DNA of 64,000 nucleotides from Caecitellus pseudoparvulus (lineage: Eukaryota > Protista > Bigyra: Bicosoecida). This document shows, one piece after another, positions 10,101-21,400 of this stretch (position 1 is the stretch's first letter; each line of letters begins with the position of its first letter). The stretch covers positions 186,001-250,000 of the forward strand of contig CBFFRQ010000067.1 of the NCBI GenBank assembly GCA_965644315.1, written 5' to 3'. The translations under genes and the position numbers were made by a program. The notes below the pieces were generated by a model, which saw nothing but the letters and a program-made list of their open reading frames with translations, was not told the origin of the DNA and did no database searches.

Positions 10101-10648
10101 CCTCCGCTGGTGGAGGGGGGGGGTGCAGTGGGGAGCAGGGCAGGGGGGCGGCTGCGGCCGTGTGGCGAGTGGTGGGGCGCAGAGTGCGTCGCAGGGCCGC
10201 GGCGCTGCACCCCCCACGTCCCCAGCATGCCCAGCCCCGCGGCATTGCCGACAAAGCCGTGGGGGGGGGGTGCCACAACCCTGCCACTGCCAGCGCCGGG
10301 GGGCATGAGGTGGGTGAGAGGGGGCAGGTGTCGGCGGGCACCGTGCCAGTCCACGCCTGACATGTTGGGCGCCAGAGTGTCGCCCCGCATGGACTGGGCC
10401 TGGCCCACGCTCGGGTGGGGGCTGGAACTGGCGGGCATGCCGGGGTTGGGTGCAAATTCCGCAAAGCCCCCCCGCCGCGTCGGCGCGTGGTGCGCCCCCC
10501 CCTGAGACGACAGAAAGTCAAACGTGCTCAGCATTGCAGAGTGCTGCATGCCGCCTTGTCCGTGTCCTGCCTGCGAATGCCCGCGCACGTGGCTGCCGGC
10601 TGGCCCGTGAAAGACGCCGTGCGGCACGCTGCCCTGTCTGTGCTGCAT
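4187..10648 (-). CDS. E(z): Enhancer-of-zeste (EZH/CLF)-like H3K27 methyltransferase, PRC2 catalytic subunit
   Basis: C-terminal SET domain HGWGAF...EYRGELISQNEADRRGNVYD...SYLF...DAARKGSKIRFANHSSNPNC...ELTFNYQY. SAL-like AWVSLRRNFFQDDDTTLHYKPYFGDD and MCSS-like FNVIFCPMTKLYD. First ATG at 10648. Confidence 0.85.
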   Translation of the reverse strand: MQHRQGSVPHGVFHGPAGSHVRGHSQAGHGQGGMQHSAMLSTFDFLSSQGGAHHAPTRRGGFAEFAPNPGMPASSSPHPSVGQAQSMRGDTLAPNMSGVDWHGARRHLPPLTHLMPPGAGSGRVVAPPPHGFVGNAAGLGMLGTWGVQRRGPATHSAPHHSPHGRSRPPALLPTAPPPSTSGGGGSVGHAPPPSLQGKRRSPAMLPPHPSPAAGGAAAAPPSQADQPGSTGATSQVPTVAAATSPSQRDSAAAVPSIASVRAVAQLPAMAPPPPISVPTDAASVTSSALSAGTPHSQGDSSSVAGVAEGGQTRDARSEARPAPSRRRKRRQPPSAAQPRPAKRVPPPRPPSPTASVAGSVASTSRRNSAARGYVRATRRLTGHLPFAKLPGSLHTPAYLALPRPLRLLMPSHVGHVLVAAALTRHASPTQQAAGAWNTALHTAVSALPPPTADQLKQALSLLAALTAFQFSASLRYGEALAQHMAAWRKSVSGPWPTPAADGTTAIAEPEDVAAAFLPKLRAALPGLLRRIVGARAAELTWQRHAARLLAAFARAAALARGGARRGCRCAGASGTQSATYALRHDLREDVLGGSHLLPGKGKPAARRNLTALEVLPEAGSTHTPALAAARRVLAVSLGPAMPLPRKGGGAGPMFARSQRWSAPGHSSSRATVLGSGRSTGSFATVRGTPVVTTASASMPRYILRETQALLGGSDPADVAGMDIALSSYFGAAIGRHPHVTALLQRGGVLGALQQVQAGGDEGDGSDSGADSDSSGSDSDDDSDSSSTASSSAQDTAPTTPPLSPPMAVFVSTFLAHDAKPGTTPPAAVRLKREPHDTVTVSASLPCPGEDGPTHLRSDPVRTTWASLHTNAQRETLAALGVALQGTAGVTRTHLATPVLPSDLHVMAVPSWSVSRATSSAEAAEIVAVQDAAIRRAMALACGCEVGDSEGADEEQEGGVLSAWRRRSGKGPTSGSGGGGEGGSSPQAGNRTSPPASETGSTILSGGSASSSEDGEDAQEAVDVGAMVGEAVATADEHASLPPSLAGRTPRCLWRSLATPTRRRQFTLQLALLAAVQRVQPPEQWCALRKMLWNRRRLWLTARALAPLQACLRPRKGSAVTPNALRRAVGGCLREEVGNSLDTWQSTVLPLVPPPPRRSAWVSLRRNFFQDDDTTLHYKPYFGDDDERELDLSGYSHSKVATVLAAAPGAVAQAGTLPADVIPQAASVKSQLTDKLHRSGTMGSTLHQCLLPELVRLASRMLGFAEPPQPPSHPMATSRFKPVQRVTRREGVSFTVEEAEGQNTQQAQLCLRLLAHTAADPLLRVLLFPGVDEAGGGSSGSGRGGARAVAGPPSVCLAAIPARPAYCSSDFVVLSDALAEMGGEEGADDTASTKSSAPAGRSRGRGRGRSRPRAPSRATRGGRTPPSTKQSPTSPASSGRASPAGAPDAFLVAKQDVPLLLAALLERWRGVLAARRRLRLCETYNLLPTDHPLRLLRALAAGQVHFASDSCRVGVLAQPPTFLPPAAWLQLSARPGVPACAALPPLLRANGAAQRVSQEVRDAFQQASRDLGDAATWKWGSAEAAQVPHRASASGVSGALQVPSAQPWSAFHELGIDSLGVRTAAAERQRLRGVLDALGEGPHPSPTPEAFSGGTTSHAEGDGSHETFNVIFCPMTKLYDDRQHGVLHALPHPRETDQATRKRITSTKFARETEQFLRALHVEATRGTKRPRSPSRMPSPVAEAVAAEAAATAAASERFGTTAAALADMARAVAAEMRVPGAATSAGSDASGCVLTPRQATLIPRLARLCGGDVDAVCALLGHDFARHGSVLAALPRVSRAERGALLEVAGQSQYAAVRRAVSAVLAASRAAEGGGVDTGGVTPELSDTGGALDLTGDVPEPSPTPSPLPSGDSVSGRSSEGGMPPPPAQKRRQTSGPLVPRGNAATAIRGGGASGAVEGLVAVSNDESVLTRDARRLMSGEHRRVRVGRSFIHGWGAFLDEPASARDLLYEYRGELISQNEADRRGNVYDRLNMSYLFELSNLSVLDAARKGSKIRFANHSSNPNCVARIMGVLQGQRRIAFFARRDIADGDELTFNYQYETDHSSAVRADGRSGRGRGRGRGRGNRGRGGRSRGRGGRSRGRGGRGRGRSGT

Positions 10649-11426
10649 GGCGTGTGAGCTCTGCGCAGGGGGCGATTGCGGGGCGACGGCGAGTGCTCCG
10701 GGTGCGAAAATGCAAAAAATGTGGGGATATTTCACGTAGAACAAGCCCCCGTGCTTGCTGGCACGGCTCCTTGTCACTACGGCACAGGAACACTGCCGTG
10801 GCGTGGCGCTGGCAGCATTTGAACCGTGGTGCCAGGAGAGTGCAGATGGCAGATGACGCCCGCCACCGCGGTACCGCGCGCACCACTGTCAAATTCATGC
10901 AAATGCTGGAACTCACAGACTACGTGCGTGTGGCAGCGTGTGCGCCGTCGTTTTCCAACGTGCCTCGTCTGGGGCGAGGCGCAAAGGTGGCAGGGCGTTT
11001 TCTGCCTCACCAGCCACGCGGCAGCTTTGCCTCGCACACACTTGACAGAGGCACGCTGCCAGGCACGACGCTGCACAAGAGCAGCGCAGGGATGCCGGTG
11101 AGGACGCAGGTCGTGGCCTGGACTTTTATTTTGACTCGCCAGCATGAGAGCTGCTTGCAAAAGTCTGCGCCGGCTGGCGTGCTGTTGCTTGGCAGTGGCT
11201 GGAAGCGCTGCAAGCTCGCCTGACGCCGTGCCAGATGCACTTCTGCAGCACAACACAAAGTATGGGGAACGTAGTTCAGCCTCCCTACTCGCCCACGACT
11301 GCACCCCTTGCGCAGCCTTTGACACTCGCCGCGACACCACGTTGCACTTGCGTTGCCGTGCACAGCAACGCAACACGAACCTGCCCCAAGGTCACCCCCT
11401 CACACCGCCGACACGCCGCGCCGAGC

Positions 11427-14400
11427 ATGCCTGTCCGACGCCCCCGCCGCGCAAGGCGTGGCCTGGCCTCCAGTGGCAGCCTCAGCCGCCGCGAAGCTGC
11501 CAAGGCCTCTGCCACAGCAGCGCTTCTCTCAGCCGACGCGGCACATGCGCAAGCCTGGCTGGGCAGAGCGACGGCGTCGGTGGAGCAGGAAATTCGAGCC
11601 CTGCGTGAGACAGTCATGCGGGCTGGCAAGGTGCCTCAGGATGCCAGCTCCTCCTCGGACCTGCGCCTCGTCGGCCGCTCCATTGGCTCGGCAGACAGTG
11701 CCGCCGCGCGGGGACAAAGGTGCGTGCGCCAACGGTCGTGTGGGACGCTTGCCCGAAACCCTGTGCCACGGCGTGGGTAGACGTTTTTCGGGGTATTATC
11801 ATGGTGCATTACATTGATTTCTTGTAAAGTTCTCTCACCGCGATGCCTGTGCCCAGTGTGGTGTCGCTGGTGCTGGAAAGGTGCACGAGTGCGCCCGCCG
11901 TTTCACCCACGTTTCGCCCCCGCACAGCTCGCCGTGGTTGGACTCCCAGAGCAAAGTGGCGGCCGGCGCTGCTCTCCGGCGCCTTCGCAGCGCCCTTCTA
12001 CCTCCATACGGCACAGATGCACAGCAGCGCATGGCGGTCTGGGCTCGCTACGATGTGGGGGACTCTGGGCAGGTGGGCTGCCTGGCGCTGCAACGTGCCG
12101 CGGCAGCCATGGGCGCTGTGGTGGGCGACGCCGACGCCAGTGCGTTGCTGAAGGCCTTCCCGGGGCCCAGTCACGCCCACCTCCGTTACGCAGACTTGAA
12201 CGAGGCTCTGCGGAACGATTCCCCCTGGCTGGCGACGGGGGGTGGCGTGTGGGAGGTGGACGATGGGGGGGGTCGGCGAGTGCGACCAGGCGCCACGGAG
12301 CCCCCCATCTCCGCGGCCGACCTCAGCATCAACGACGTCTTGCGACGACTGGCCCGGCGAAACGCACGACGACCCGAAGGCGTCCTGGCCGCCCTCTTCG
12401 ACAAACACGCCAGCGGAGCCAAGGGCCTCACGCGCCGGGAACTGGCTGCTGCGTTACGGGACGTCTTCGGCCTGCACTTGAGCGGACGCGACCTGCACGC
12501 CACACACACAGCACTGGACACGAACAATGACGGCTTTGTCAGTCCTGCGGAGTTTGCGGCGCGAGTGGCGGCGACAGAAGCTGCCATCCGCGGCGCCGGA
12601 GCTGGTGCTGCGTTTCAAGCCGCCGGCGCTGGACTAGCCCCGGCCCAGGGCGAGGGCGGACTAGCAGGTGCATTTGCCTCTGCCGTAGCCCACGATTCCG
12701 CTGCTGCTCAGGCTGTTAGCCGTGGCAAGGGCGCTGTGCGTGCGGTATTTGAAGCCATGGACGCCGACGGAAACGGCAGCGTGGATGCTGAGGAGCTGGC
12801 CTCTGCGCTGCAACGCCTGGGGCTGGCCAGTGCTCCCAGCAGCGCATACCGCATCGTCACTGCGTTGGACTCCAACGGCACTCGGCAGGTGGGTTTCCGG
12901 GAGTTCCTAGACGGTTTTTTCGCGGCAGCCGGCTGGATCAGCGAAGCGGCCAGGACGCAGTTGGGCATGGGCCCACCAGTGGACGCCGGGGCAGGTCTGG
13001 ATGCCCCCGCAGCTGGTATCTTGACGGGGTGGGTGGAGTTCCTGGGACGGCTGTCGGCGCGGCAGGTCGTCATGCGACACGCAGTTGCGAGGGGCGACGT
13101 CGGCGCCCGCGACCCGCTCCAGTCCGACAGCCAGGCGAAGGACATTTTCCGCGACATCTCCGTCCACGCCCGCGCCTTTGATGCACAGGCGATGCAGACA
13201 GCAGTGGACCAAGCCATGCCTGGCGTCGCCCCTGCCCCCAGCGCCTTCTTGGGCTCCACAACGGGCGGGTCACTGGGCGGATGGGCCGCGGCGCCGCAGG
13301 TGCATCCTGCGGTGGACACCGCCTTCACATACTTCGATCCGGACGGCAATGGTTCTGTCTCGTATGGCGCCTGGGTGGACGGCCTGTTCATGTGGGCCAC
13401 GCGGATTGTGGTGGCTGCGGCACAGGCCGCGGCGGCGCAGGGCCGGATCGGGTCCGCTGCTGCGGAATTTGACCTGGAAACTGTCATGCTGCGCCTGGCC
13501 AGCATGACGGTTCCCGAGTTGGAAGCCGTGCATGCGGCTGCAGGGCGTGTGGGAGGGGGGGTGCCTGGCCCCCCACACCCCCCCCTTTCCATGCCTTGGG
13601 GAGCAGGGGCAGCGCCTGCTTCAGACCCGCCCACATCCGACCAGCAAAACAGTGACCCCGCCGCCCCAGATGTGTACACCATCCACTCCTTCCTGGACAT
13701 CACCGGCACATCACAGGAGATCGTGCCCGTGGAGGGCGGCCTCGGCGAGTGGGAACCCAGACGCAGAGCCAGCGGCCGACCCCCCCTCGCACCCCCCTCA
13801 CAGGCACCGCACCCTCCAGGCATGGCCCCTCTGCCACAGCCCACACCCCCTCCCCAGCTCGCCTCTCCCCATGACCTTGCTCGCAGCATAGCAGTGGGTG
13901 GCACGCAGACACTGCACGGTGGGGCCCCCCCTGCCAGTAGCCCTGCACTGTCAGCAAGCCTGAGCAGTCCATTTCCGCACCTGCAGGGTGGGTCTGGAGG
14001 GGGGGTACCGCCTGGTACGTGGGGAGGGGACTGGGGACGGGGTGGCCTGGTGGCGGACATACGACGCAGCTGGGAGGCAGTGGCGGCGGGGGGGGGTCAG
14101 GGCGGTGCGACTGCCCCCCTCGTGTCTCCCGGCGCGGGGGGGGGTCTGAGGTGGACCCGGCCGCTGCCGGAGGGGGATGAGGGGGGGGCTCCCGAGACCA
14201 AGGAGGGGGGTGATGCACCCCCTCCTGCACCGACACCAGCCTGGCCCACCGCCACCCCAGCGGCATGGTGGCCGCCCCACTCACAGCCACCCCTGCCAGT
14301 CATGCCCCCCATCACCCCAGCGCACTGGCTGCCTCCACAGCCCGCCCACACAGCCCCTCCCCAGCCGCCATCCACCGACCACGTGGATCTGAGCGCCTTC

Positions 14401-16473
14401 GCCTCCCCACGGGGGTCGTTGGACCCGGGCGCCCGTAGTGCTCTGGGGGACGCCTGCCGCCGCCGCATCCTGGCCCTGCGTGTGGGGCCACGTGTAACGC
14501 GTCAGTTCAAACGCATGGACGAGGACGGCAACGGTGTCCTCGATGCGGGGGAGCTGCAGGCGGCCCTGGGCCGGGAAGGCATCACCCTGGACGGTGGGCA
14601 GCTGCAAGGGCTGCTGGAGGACATTGCGCGATCCGCCTGTGCGGGCGTGTTGGACGCACACGGCCGCCCACTGCCCAGCATCGGAGGGGAGAGCATGCTT
14701 GCGGCACTGCAGGCGGGCCCATCCGCCCTGCGAAACGTGACGGTGTCTGCGCGGCAGTTTCAGCGGTGGGTGGACCACCCCGCCAACCCCACGCGAGGTC
14801 GCCTGCTCGCAGCGCGACCAGCGTCCCCCCCCAAGTCTGCCCCCTGCTCCCCCGACCACCGTCCCCCCTCGGCAACGGCATCGCCCCGCTCTGTGCGAAA
14901 GGACCTGCGGGCTTGGACACGCAGGGGTGGTTCGTCGCCCTCGCCGGGGCGGCGTGGGGGCAGCGGAAAACGAAGTGGCGCCGGACAGCGTGGTCGCAAG
15001 CGGCGCGGAGGGTCGGCAAAAACCCGCACACAGTCGACCCTGCAAGATCTGGCTGCGCTGGCCCCGCCCCGCGATCTGCAACGCGCCTCGCACAGCCACG
15101 TAGAAGCGAGTGACAGCATGCTGCACCTGCGTCGTCTCGTGCGACGTGCCATGGTCGTCGAGGGGAACGCGGCAGTCACGCGCGTCGCGGCCAGCGGGTC
15201 AGCGGGCGCCGGCGCCCTCGCTGGTCAGCGCCGTGGAGTCATCGACGAGACACATGCTGCGTTTACTCGCCATGGCGGTGGGGACGGCACGTGCACTGTG
15301 GCGCATGTGCGCACAGCCCTGCTGTCGCTTGGCCTGGGCGCGGCAGTGCTGGAAGAGGACGAGCTGCGCCCAGCACTGGCCAGTTTGGGCGCCCTGAATC
15401 GTGAAAAACGGGTTAGCATCCCGGTGTTGGCTGATTTCCTGTTCGAGGGGCTGGTGGGGTGGCGGGAGCAAGGCGACGAGCAGGCTGTGAACCACTTTCC
15501 CGCCACCACACGCCTGGCCGCTGCACTGCGCGACGATGGGTCGGGCGTCGGTGCATGGGGCACAGACGGCGAGGGGGGCCCTGCACCCCCCCCCAGCCCC
15601 GGCTGGGCGCCCCGCCCAGTCAGCCCTGCAGCCAAGTCCCCCACCCGGGCTGTGTGGCGCGGGAGGGATTTCTGGCGCACGGTGAGCCAAGTTGAAGCTG
15701 CGTTGCAGCGGGAAATACTCGCCCGTGCAACCTCCCTGGGCGGCGGGGCAAGGGGCCGCCTGCCCTCCGTCACCGCCTCGGCCGCAGGCATGGCCCGCAC
15801 GCCAGCACGGCATGCGACGTTTGACCTGCGTGATGCGTTTCGCTTCCTGGACCCCGCCCGCACCGGCCGTGTGCAGCTGCCTGCTTTCCACGAGGCGCTG
15901 ACTCGCCTGGGGGAGCTGGAAGCACCCCCGTACCCCTACCCCCTCGCTGAAACGCAGCAGGCAGCCACACCCACCACGGCAACCTCCCTCGCCAACACCC
16001 CCGAAGCAGTCTCCGTCGCCCGTGCCGTCTTCGTGCGTGTGCTGGGCGGGGAAGACCTGCACGGCAATGGGTGCGGGGATGCAGAGGGCACTGGGCGACC
16101 ACCTGCCGTCCAGTGGGGCCGCCACTCCCACAGCAACTGCATGTACGACTGGAGCATCACCTTCAGCTCCCTCGCGCGATGGGCCGTGCCGCTCAGTGAT
16201 GCTCTGCTGGCGGCGCGTGATAGGGTGTTGGCAGAGGTGCGCAAGCGGGGCCGAGGGGGCGGCGGCAGCCTCAGCTGGCACCGAGCCTTCCAGCGTGTGG
16301 ACGTGAACGGCGACGGCGTCCTGCAGCGCAAGGAGTTCCGCGAGGTCCTGCGGTCCGCCCTGCCTGGCGTGCAATGGGCGGATGTGCGGACGCTCGTGGA
16401 CGCCTTCGACGCAAACGGGGACGGAGTCGTGGACCTGCGAGAGTTCTTGCAGCTCGTGCACGTGGAAGACTGA
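11427..16473 (+). CDS. Large multi-EF-hand calcium-binding protein
   Basis: EF loops DTNNDGFVSPAEF, DADGNGSVDAEEL, DSNGTRQVGFREF, DPDGNGSVSYGAW, DEDGNGVLDAGEL, DVNGDGVLQRKEF and DANGDGVVDLREF. Upstream exon 11427-11719 joins in phase 2 via intron 11720-11927. Further 5' exons are possible. Confidence 0.8.
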
Positions 16474-16768
16474 TGTCTTGCTTGACGGCGTGTGGGGGGC
16501 TAGATGTGCACGTGCAAGGGCCATGTTTTGCATTGCTGCCGGGCTGTTGGGAGTATTTGTGCTTTTCAGGCAGTGGCCCCTGTATTGATGTTCGGGCGTG
16601 GAATGAGCTGTTTCTGATACGACATTCCCTGTTTGGACAATGCATGATAAATGACACACTACAAAAGAATACAGGGCTGTGCAAGCCACTGCAAGGCTGG
16701 GCACAGTGGCGGCGTGCGAAGCCGAGAGGTGGGGCAGCCTCGCGGCGCCGAGTCGCATCCCCCGCCCC

Positions 16769-17242
16769 ATGCTGCAGTCTCCGCTCCTGCAAGCAGCCTT
16801 CGTCCACCGTTCCTTCCGCTCCCTGCACGAGGGCGGCGGCATCCCGGGTCACCCTGATCTTCACTGGGGCCCGCCCCTCATCGCCGAGCCTGATGATGGC
16901 GAGGATGCGCATGCACTGTGGGGAGTGGACATGGGCGACTTGCCGGCTGGGCTGCGTGACGCTGTACAGAGTGCCCAGATGGGGTGGGGCACGACGCCCC
17001 TCATCCAGCGCCGCAACGCTGCTGTGCAGTCCATGCACGCGGGCCTGTCTCCCCTTACCTTGTGCTGTCTGAGCCCCCTTCCAGGGCACGCCATGACACG
17101 GCACGACAACGAGCGATTGAAGAAGATCGGCGACGCCTTGCTGGAGGTGGTGCTGCGGCATGCCGTGTGGCAGTGTATCGTTGTGAAGAACGTCAGTGCG
17201 TGTTGCCACTGGTGCCCCGGCGTCACACCTTGCGGGACATGA
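16769..17242 (+). pseudogene. Degenerate RNase III-domain ORF (catalytically altered or pseudogene)
   Basis: LLQAAFVHRSF and HDNERLKKIGDALLEVV resemble RNase III ALTHRS...NERLEFLGDAVL. No clean continuation downstream. Confidence 0.5.
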
Positions 17243-18424
17243 GCTAGACAGGCTCATGCCTTGCCGGGCAGGTAGCTTGGCGCAATATGATGCTGAATGC
17301 GGGGCGGCTTGGGCTGTTGCACCGTCTACAGTGTGTTCGGTTGGAGGGGGCTCGCAAGTCTGCGATGGACATGCCACGGTGACAGCGCCGGAAGCAAAGC
17401 GGGAGGCAGGAAGACAAGGCAGTTTAGAGGTAAGACAGGGGTTCCTATGGATTGAGGTTGGGTGTGGCCTATCAAGGATCATTGGTCTGCTGTTGCTTCG
17501 AGGGAGACCTTTGCTCGGAAGTGAACAGCGGCGCATGGATGCTCGCGGTTTGGATGATCAGCATGATTGAAGTGAATTCCTTCGGAGCTCAGCTAGGTGG
17601 CATGGGGGAAGACAGGTCGATAGTGGTGCTTCAAGCCCATGAGTCAACTCAATCACTTTTAGGGGTCGCACATGGGTTGTTGTCCAAATTGAGCAATATG
17701 TGGGAAATGAGGTGTGCACCAGGTCAACGCTCCCGTCCTTCACACCGAAGAGGAGTCACAGAACTCCACTTTATGCTTCATTCATCACCTCTCTCTCCAG
17801 GAGCATCGTTGCAATGCCGAGTGCCGACAAGGCTGCTACAGGAGATGCATCAATGTCGCACAAGGCTCGCGTCCTCATGCTCGGATATGTTGTGTTTCAA
17901 ACACAAGAACGAATCCAAGCTTTTCGAATAAGATGGTGTAAGGCTTTGAACCTGTGCATTGCCTGCTTGGCGAGTGTTGAAGACAAGAGCTGTACAGTCG
18001 AGAGGGAGTATTCACGATGTTGCAGCGAAGGAGAGTTGTGTGCAGCGCGACAGAATGATCCCGACGGCTGATCTGGGGTCAATGCACTGGAAAGTTCTCA
18101 AACTAGCAGTCGCCAACGTCATCCTTCGATGTCAAGAGGATGTGGCTCCGGAAACACAGACACTGGACAACGGTTCAGGTGCTCATCCGTCGACAAGTTC
18201 AATTGCTCAAACATCGGCAGAACAATCACAAAAGAGGGCCCGAAACGCGGAGTGGATTCTTGGTGGTGTCACTGAAGCTGTGTGGGTGCTCCGAAGATGC
18301 CACACTTGACACAATCCGTGAAACGGCTGTGCCCTACAACTTATCCTCTTCGAAAGGCATTCTGAATTTCAGGCCGCTCAAGAGCTGCCCGGAATTCATA
18401 CAATACAACCATCGATTGACTCGA

Positions 18425-21400
18425 TCAAGGCCACAGTCCCTTTCGTTTGAGGTTTGCTATCGCAGAGCTGCTTCCCTGCTCCGCCGCCGCCCTGTACCAC
18501 CGCACAGCCTCAGCATCATCCTTCGCCACACCCACGCCGTGCTCGAACATGAGACCGAGGCTCGTCTGACCGCTCACATCTCCCTGCTCCGCCGCCGCCC
18601 TGTACCACCGCACAGCCTCAGCATCATCCTTCGCCACACCCACGCCGTGCTCGAACATGAGACCGAGGCTCGTCTGACCGCTCACATCTCCCTGCTCCGC
18701 CGCCGCCCTGTAACACCGCACAGCCTCAGTCTCGTCCTTAGCCACACCCCTGCCGGTCGCGTACATTACACCAAGGTTTGTCTGTCCCCCTGCATGTCCC
18801 TGCTCCGCCGCCACCCTGTACCACCGCACAGCCTCAGCATCGTCCTTCTCCACACCCCTGCCGTCTGTGTACATCAGACCAAGGTTGCTCTGCCCTCCGG
18901 TGTCTCCCTGCTCCGCCGCCGCCCTGTACCACCGCACAGCCTCAGCATCATCCTTCGCCACACCCACGCCGTGCTCGAACATGAGACCGAGGCTCGTCTG
19001 ACCGCTCACATCTCCCTGCTCCGCCGCCGCCCTGTAACACCGCACAGCCTCAGTCTCGTCCTTAGCCACACCCCTGCCGGTCGCGTACATTACACCAAGG
19101 TTTGTCTGTCCCCCCGCATGTCCCTGCTCCGCCGCCACCCTGTACCACCGCACAGCCTCAGCATCATCCTTCGCCACACCCACGCCGTGCTCGAACATGA
19201 GACCGAGGCTCGTCTGACCGCTCACATCTCCCTGCTCCGCCGCCGCCCTGTACCACCGCACAGCCTCAGCATCATCCTTCGCCACACCCACGCCGTGCTC
19301 GAACATGAGACCGAGGCTCGTCTGACCGCTCACATCTCCCTGCTCCGCCGCCGCCCTGTACCACCGCACAGCCTCAGCATCATCCTTCGCCACACCCACG
19401 CCGTGCTCGAACATGAGACCGAGGCTCGTCTGACCGCTCACATCTCCCTGCTCCGCCGCCGCCCTGTAACACCGCACAGCCTCAGTCTCGTCCTTAGCCA
19501 CACCCCTGCCGGTCGCGTACATTACACCAAGGTTTGTCTGTCCCCCTGCATGTCCCTGCTCCGCCGCCGCCCTGTACCACCGCACAGCCTCAGCCTCGTC
19601 CTTCACCACACCCCTGCCTTCCTCGTACATCAGACCAAGGCTGTACTGCCCCTCCGCATAGCCCTGCTCCGCCGCCGCCCTGTACCACCGCACAGCCTCA
19701 GCCTCGTCCTTCACCACACCCCTGCCACGTTCGTACATCCAACCAATGTAGAACTGTCCCAGCGCATGTCCCTGCTCCGCCGCCACCCTGTACCACCGCA
19801 CAGCCTCCACATCATCCTTCACCACACCCTTGCCGTTCGCGTACATCAAACCAAGGTAAAATTGCCCCTCCGCATAGCCCTGCTCTGCCGCTGCCCTGAA
19901 CCACCGCACAGCCTCAGCATCGTCCTTCACCACACCCATGCCATTTGCGTACACCACACCAAGGTTGTACTGACAGTTCGCATCTCCCTGCTCCGCCGCC
20001 GCCCTGAACCACCGCACAGCCTCAGCCTCGTCCTTGCCCACACCCGTACCGTTCGCGTACATCAGACCAAGGTTGACCTGCCCTCCTGCATGTCCCTGCT
20101 CTGCCGCCGCCCTGAACCACCGCACAGCCTCAGCCTCGTCCTTGCCCACACCCGTACCATTAGCGTACATCAGACCAAGGTTGGACTGGCCCCACGCATG
20201 GCCCTGCTCCGCTGCCGCCCTGTACCACCGCACAGCCTGCACATAATCCTTCACCACACCCCTGCCTTCCTCGTACATCCATCCAAGGTTTGTCTGTCCC
20301 CCCGCATGTCCCTGCTCTGCCGCCGCCCTGAACCACCGCACAGCCTCAGCCTCGTCCTTCGCCACACCCTTCCCGTCCATATACATTCGACCCAGCTCCC
20401 AGCAATCCCAAACGTCTTCGTCTTCTGCTGCTATCCGCATTCTCTCAACATCCACAGCTTCCTTCCCACACCATACCCCATCATGAATCCCGGCAACATC
20501 CTTCATGTGCTCAACCACTTTCGACACCACGTCGCCTCCGCCCACCAAACATCCCCACACACCCACACAACCACTCCCTTTACTCCCCTGCCCAAACAGA
20601 TGCCCCACGATCCCCGCCACATCAACCAATCCACTGCACCTCCCTGCCTTCCGAACATCTCCTCTCACTCTCACTTCGGCTTGCCACCCCCGCATTCCAT
20701 CCCACAAATCCTGCGCATTCCCCCCATCTCCAGCCACAGCATCCCATACACGCCCCATCTTACCCTCACTTAGTTCTTCCCGCGCCCACCCCACGCCATC
20801 AACACCCATACCCCCAAAACGCTGGGCCGCACACACCAACTCATCGCACCCTCCCTCATCCACGCTGCCGCCCCACACGCCCCCTTCGTCAAAACTCGCC
20901 AACACACCACAACCTCCTTCACCACCACCACCTCCACACTCAGTGCCAAGCATGTCCCCCAACGCATCACTCCACTCCCCACACCCAGCCTCACCCACCA
21001 CCTGCCCCACACTCCCAGCACACAGTCGCACTGATGCCGCACCCCGCAACACATCGCCCACCACCCCACCAACGCCTCCACCCATCCCACGAGTCCCCTC
21101 AACGATCAGTGCCCCCAGAACGCCACCTCCAGCATATCCAGCCCCTGACTCCTCACAAGCGCTCAACACGCCCAAACACTTTCGTGCCACAACAGCCTTC
21201 ACATCGCCCTCCACATCATCCCAAGCCTCATCACCCACCAAGTCCGTCACTGCCACGCCCGCATCCACAGTCACTTGCAACACGAGACATGTCCAAGCTC
21301 CCAGTGGACCAGCACCACTAGCATGGCGTTGGTCTACACGAACAGCAACACCCCGCAAAGCCTGAACAGGCGCCGCAACACCAGCTGCATCTGCCCACGC

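Noticed and set aside
15199-17536. Long minus-strand ORFs (547 and 421 aa)
   Set aside because: They overlap the EF-hand and RNase III-like coding on the plus strand, show no motifs and are expected in high-GC DNA.
18140-20773. 877-aa His/Leu/Arg repeat ORF on the plus strand
   Set aside because: Antisense reading of the Sel1 array; repetition and strand skew explain the lack of stops.
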